A stretch of DNA of 50,126 nt, the filler included, from Catajapyx aquilonaris (Eukaryota), in the NCBI GenBank assembly GCA_000934665.2. It is 2 parts of 2 records of this genome, joined end to end, with 100 filler letters (N's around TTAATTAATTAA, not from the genome) between each part and the next. Parts side by side here need not be neighbours in the genome. Positions count along the whole stretch, not along the records: positions 25,037 to 50,126 come from JYFJ02005448.1; 1 more part is not named here. The stretch is one strand, 5' to 3'. Both the position numbers and the translations under genes were made by a program. The notes under the pieces are model-generated. The model made no database searches. It worked only from the letters and a program-made list of their open reading frames with translations, and was not told the origin of the DNA. Shown piece after piece: positions 45,162 through 50,126 of this stretch; position 1 is the first letter of the stretch, and each line of letters begins with the position of its first letter.

Positions 45162-47356
45162 CAATGCAGTATGATCTACTAGGATAATGTACAGTAACAA
45201 AGACCACTTGATGCTGGGAAGAGAAAGTAAGGTCCATCTTTGGTCATTCTTTTATTGTCTTTTTTGCTTATACACAAATGCATAACATTGCAATTTAATG
45301 CAGGTAAAATGTAAATAGTAATTAACATGTAATACTGTTCAGCTTTTATACGGCTTGAGGAACAGGAATTCTTTAGTACTAACACTGGAACAATCAAGTG
45401 ATCCAAAGTTCATCATTGTAAATGATTCGATTCATTAGCAAACTGTGTGGGCATAGTTTCTTTGATTCTCTCAATCAATCAATCAGATGATAAAAGCTTA
45501 TAATAACAGGATTTTTAAAAAACACTTCTGCCTTAACACACTTAGCACTACCTTTACCTGAGAGACTTCTCCATACATTTGCAGCACCATTCAAGAAACT
45601 TTGGGCACATCTGGTAATTTTCTGAAAAAATACCTGAACATTAAACTAGTACCCAGGTGACACTCGGTACTCATTTCTATTGATGCTAAAGGACAGGGCA
45701 TTCTTCAGTGCATCAGTCCACTTGGAAAAACTCGACTAATTTGTGGAACCTCAATGGAGGTTTTCTAGATAAATTCCTCCCCAGTGATCAAGGAAGTTCA
45801 GTGTGACCGAGAAGCTTATTGATTAAATGTAATAATCCTGTCTTTTTTTTACGCACTATGCATCCCACCTGGCATGCTTTGCCTTGGGAAAGGATGTTCA
45901 CAGGTTTCAAGGTCTGGGACTTGGCTTGTTATTCAAGACTTGGAAGTCAATTTCATAATCTCCATGGGGGAAAAACTCTGACATGCTTCCATGCAGGCTT
46001 GGTAAATTAATTTTTGTTCACGCTGGCATTGTTGTGTTCATGCCATTGTAGATGGCATCAACCAAGAATTGGTCTGCTATAGACAGGTTTTGTTATATTA
46101 CAGTGAAATAGTAACCCTTTCACATCTAGCTAAATAAATTTGGCATATATGCCCAAACCTGTTTCAGAGTTGACCAGAAACTGCCTCTGTCATAAAAGCA
46201 GCATTTGTATTATCTTCTACTTAGGGTTATAGTCTTCATCTGGAATATTCATTTTTTTTGCTTCATTAGTGAGCTCATGCACTTAATTAGCACGCAGCAG
46301 CTCTGCTGACACCATGAGGTGATTAGTGTGGCGTGATATTTCCTTAGCGCCAAAATAAACTGCAATTCCAACTACACCTCACGGGAAGATGAAGCTTCAT
46401 TTGGACTTTTGTTCCATACATGAATTTTTTTACAGGTCATAGTTGATTTCCAAATGTAGTTGAGACTGCTTTTCCCATTACACAGAGATATGCCAGCAGC
46501 ATGTAACATAAATCCTGTATCTGTAAAATCCTACATTAAAAAGTGCAGGAGGATTATTATGAAATAGAGTTGTATTCAAATGCAAGAAACCTCTGAATCA
46601 AGGGCACACAAACGCCCAAGTATATGTGGCCTTAAGGCAGGGGAAACTCAGCTGCTGCAAACACCATGGCCGTAACTGACTATAATCTCAATACTGAAGT
46701 ATGCACCATAATGATCTGAAATTTCTCTCTGCTCATGACACACACTAGTTGTCAGCAACTGAACTTAAGTTAGGGCAGCAGTAAACAAATTTAAAACACT
46801 TGTATCAATCATTAGTTTCTGCTTACTTTAACAACCAAGATGCCCATAGGTGAATTTCACAGAACAATCCTGTTCGCTGGACCATTGATGTAGATCCGAA
46901 TGCGTCACTATTTCTTTCATTTGGTTATTTGCATATTTATTACAATAGACAAGTCAGGCCAACAAGCTGCAATAAGCAATTTCAGGCAGTGGAAGGCAAG
47001 GGCATATTGTGAGCAGTAACTTATTTTTCACAAAAAAATGACTATCATAGTAACTTTTGTCATAGAAGATTAATTTTTGTGGTCCCATATGGGGTCAACA
47101 TGTGGATGGTATCAGCACTAGTCTCAGTCAGTCTGAAGGATCTGTCAATCGGCACTAGCCGCTAGGTCCATTCTTAAGTCCATACTGATTTGCAGATCCG
47201 TACAATATTAGTGATACAACCCATGTGTAGACCTGTCTAAATTAAACGCTATCTTCTATTGTATAACTGCATATCTTTAAAGCGTGTAATCTGCACTAAT
47301 ACCGAAAGAATATAAATGTTCATTAGCAATTACCCTTAGGATAAGCACAAGGTAGT

Positions 47357-48822
47357 TTAGTGACTCATCACACTGCTTTCCACAGCTTCCTGAAATAGAA
47401 TAAAACCAATATAGTTAAAATGCACAGGCAAGAACTAAATAGCATGAAATTACCCTGAGTTCTTTGATATCCTTGGTCCAATCTTTGTTGGCAATCTTCG
47501 GAACCACGTGCTGAAACAGACGAGTTACATTGTGAGCATTCTTCTTAAAGGTTTCCACCACTCCCATGGCGGAAACCCTCTCTCCCTCCTCACGCCAGCA
47601 GTCATAGTCTGTCGCCATGGCCACGGCAGCGTAGTGTAAACCAGCTTCTTTGGCCAGCACCACCTGAGAAAATAATTTCAGGAGAAAATAGTAATGAGGG
47701 TCACTTGGATGTCACACTTTAATTGTGCATTATATTGCTGCTATAGTTCACAGCTCTTGCCCATTGTGATGGCAGTACTATTTAAGGCTGAATGTGCTGT
47801 ACCAAGAGCTAATGGCTGTACGTATTAATAGAACCGGAACTGCTGATTGTCAAGGAACTCCATTGCAATTTCCTTGCTGTAACAAAGCAATGGATGGTCA
47901 TCAATGCGACACATGCGATGAACAAATACTCCCCTCACAGATCTGACCCATATCCTGGTACACGTGCTGAATTGTGATAATGCCAAAAGGACATGTACTG
48001 AATTGTTCAGAATTTGGCTTGGTCTCGAGTCACCCAATGACACGGACTGAACCTGTGAAAGTGCAAAGGAACATATCACTTCAAAACTCTTACCTCAGGC
48101 ACTGTAGTCATGTTGATAACATCCCCTCCCCACGACTGGTACATCTTAGACTCGGCTCTGCTTGAAAATCTCGGCCCTTCGATCACCACGCATGTCCCAT
48201 GCGGCTTGTACTCCAATCCAAGCTGGTCACACCCATCCTGAAGGATGCTCCTAACCGTCTTGCTAAACGGGGCATCCATCTGGATGTGACACACACCCTT
48301 AGGGCTGTTTTCGCTTCCATCGTAAAAGGTCTGGATGCGACTCCTGGTTCTGTCGATGAACGAGTCCAGGAGCACCAATTGGCCTGGCTTGATGTGGGCC
48401 TGAAGCGATCCCGTTGCAGTCGACGCAAGCACCACCTGGCACATGAACTTGCTTAAATTTTATCCTACTGATGATGGTAACGGCCAATGTTACCTGGCAC
48501 CCAGCCTGCTTCAAAGCCCAGATGTTAGCGCGGTAGTTGACATTGGACGGGTTGATTGAGTGTGTACGGCCGTGACGTGCCAGCAAAACGCAGGCCACAC
48601 CAGACATCCGGCCGTGGATAAGCACATCCGACGGACATCCAAACGGAGTGGTCACAACCTCCTCCCGGCGGCCCTCCAGTATGTCCGGGTCATCCAATCC
48701 GGACCCACCGATGATCCCAACCTGCAGGATATAATTTCAGATTTTCAGTCTCACCTAGTAGTATACTTGTACATTACTAACGTAGTACTTGCCTTGATTG
48801 CAGGTGCTGCGTCTCCGGACAT
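47357..48822 (-). CDS. MTAP: S-methyl-5'-thioadenosine phosphorylase, 280 aa
   Basis: complement join(48793..48822,48494..48721,48094..48435,47454..47663,47357..47389), 843 nt in frame; first intron GC-AG. Motifs [56 protein letters not shown]. Confidence 0.96.
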
Positions 48823-49873
48823 GCTTCTACCGCAGGTGGTTGTACGGTGCTGGGTAGCAAGCAGGGATATCTCTACTTTCCAGGGCAGATTCAAGAGGGA
48901 GATCGAGAGGAGCAGAGTCCGAGCACGTGACATGGACCGGTAGGAAACCTGAGGGAAGGGACTGCTCCTGAGGGATCAAGTGGGAATATGTGACGTCTGG
49001 CAACACTGCTCAAGAGGCGGAATTTTCAAACAGTGAGTCACAATTCATGATAAAAATAATACTGTATATTTATATAAAGTTCCGTTTTAAAAATATTGTG
49101 TAAAAAATATTAGGGACCCAAAAACAACGTCCTAAAATATTGAATGATAAGTTCTTTTTATGGCTTTTCAAAGTTTTATGCTAATATTGACTTGTAAGCT
49201 TTTGTAATTAGCCTATTTCACGATTAACATGTACCGGATAAAAAATGCCTGTCAGTTTTATCCGTTAGGTTTCCACTTGAATAGCTGGTCCCATGTTGTT
49301 GCTTCATCATTGCTAATGAATTCAGATTGCCTTAATTATAATTATTGTTATTACTTGAGGATATACTTTGGGGGACGTAATTTCACACGATTTACTGACA
49401 ATGATTTTACTAAAGAAACAAGCATCAAAAACTAAAGCATAATGTTGGGGGGGGGGGGGGGGAANGGGTCAAAGCGAGTTGACAAAGCCCTGATTGCTTT
49501 GGAGAAATTCATGCTTTCAAGGCACTATGATAGAATTATGAAGTTGGAAAAGGGGAAACTTACAAGTAAAATTGCAAAGCTTCGACTTTGCTACCAGCAA
49601 TAAGGCATGAAGGTGACATCACAGTGTGAGAATAAGGTAACAAAAGAGGAGAGTGAAGGGTTCAAATAATGGCGAAATACACACTTCAGGAATGTGATAA
49701 CCATGTTTGTAAGCTGCCACAGTGTTATATTAATACTATATGTCATGAGTGTGGTGTCTGTTATCACAGTGCTCTTGCACTTATTATTATTCTATGTTGG
49801 GTATATGCATGCACAGCCACGCAATTATGCATGTAAAACGACAAGAAGTTATGCCAAAGGTGGAAAATATTAA

Positions 49874-50126
49874 AGGGACACTCCACTCAAAATACAAGTA
49901 GGCCTCTAAAAATCAGGCAAAAAATCCTGATTCCGAGAATGCGATCCTTTTTTCTCTGAGCCGAACGGTAATCCGCGAAATAAATCTCAAAGTTGGCCGT
50001 CTGCAAACCCCCTGCCCCTCCAGACTCGACGCCACCACCCCCGGCCACCTGGCGGCTGCCTGAGGAAGTTGGATACCCGAATCTCTATCCACCTTGGATA
50101 CCCGTCACCAGCAGCGCGAGTTTGAA
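49874..50126. mobile_element. Possible left end of a Kolobok-like non-autonomous element, truncated by the window edge
   Basis: TTAA|AGGGACACT terminus followed by GC-richer sequence with a TTGGATACCCG direct repeat. The other end is not visible. Confidence 0.35.

Noticed and set aside
36120..48822. CTNS plus MTAP as a sulfur amino-acid gene cluster
   Set aside because: Proximity is the only evidence. They are separated by mRpL55 and have separate promoters.
27375..48943. Antisense ORFs over CTNS and MTAP exons (27375-27815, 37471-37803, 48199-48456, 48560-48943)
   Set aside because: Shadow frames of real coding exons with no independent signal.

Overview
Animal nuclear DNA with short GT-AG introns, probably a non-dipteran arthropod (inferred from gene style; the species cannot be fixed). 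Left half: one orthodenticle/Otx K50 homeobox gene (+, 5 coding exons, 9474-16687, 356 aa) in gene-poor DNA with SINEs, MITEs and candidate enhancers. A synthetic 100-bp gap spacer (N44-TTAATTAATTAA-N44, 24937-25036) separates it from the right half. Right half: an internally deleted Chapaev-like transposase remnant; three intact tandem cystinosin (CTNS, PQ-loop) paralogs on the minus strand; mRpL55 (+), head-to-head with the canonical CTNS; and MTAP (-). All exon chains were assembled by hand and splice in frame. The most interesting system is the cystinosin triplet. The canonical copy keeps the cystine-binding residues and the C-terminal YxxPhi signal, has a second possible terminal exon without that signal, and has an upstream micro-ORF MAAPMKCC*. 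The two derived copies share changes at substrate-pocket positions and lack the YxxPhi motif, and one has a dense GATA cluster upstream. This suggests new substrate, location and tissue. Human residue and exon numbers are quoted from memory and need an alignment check.
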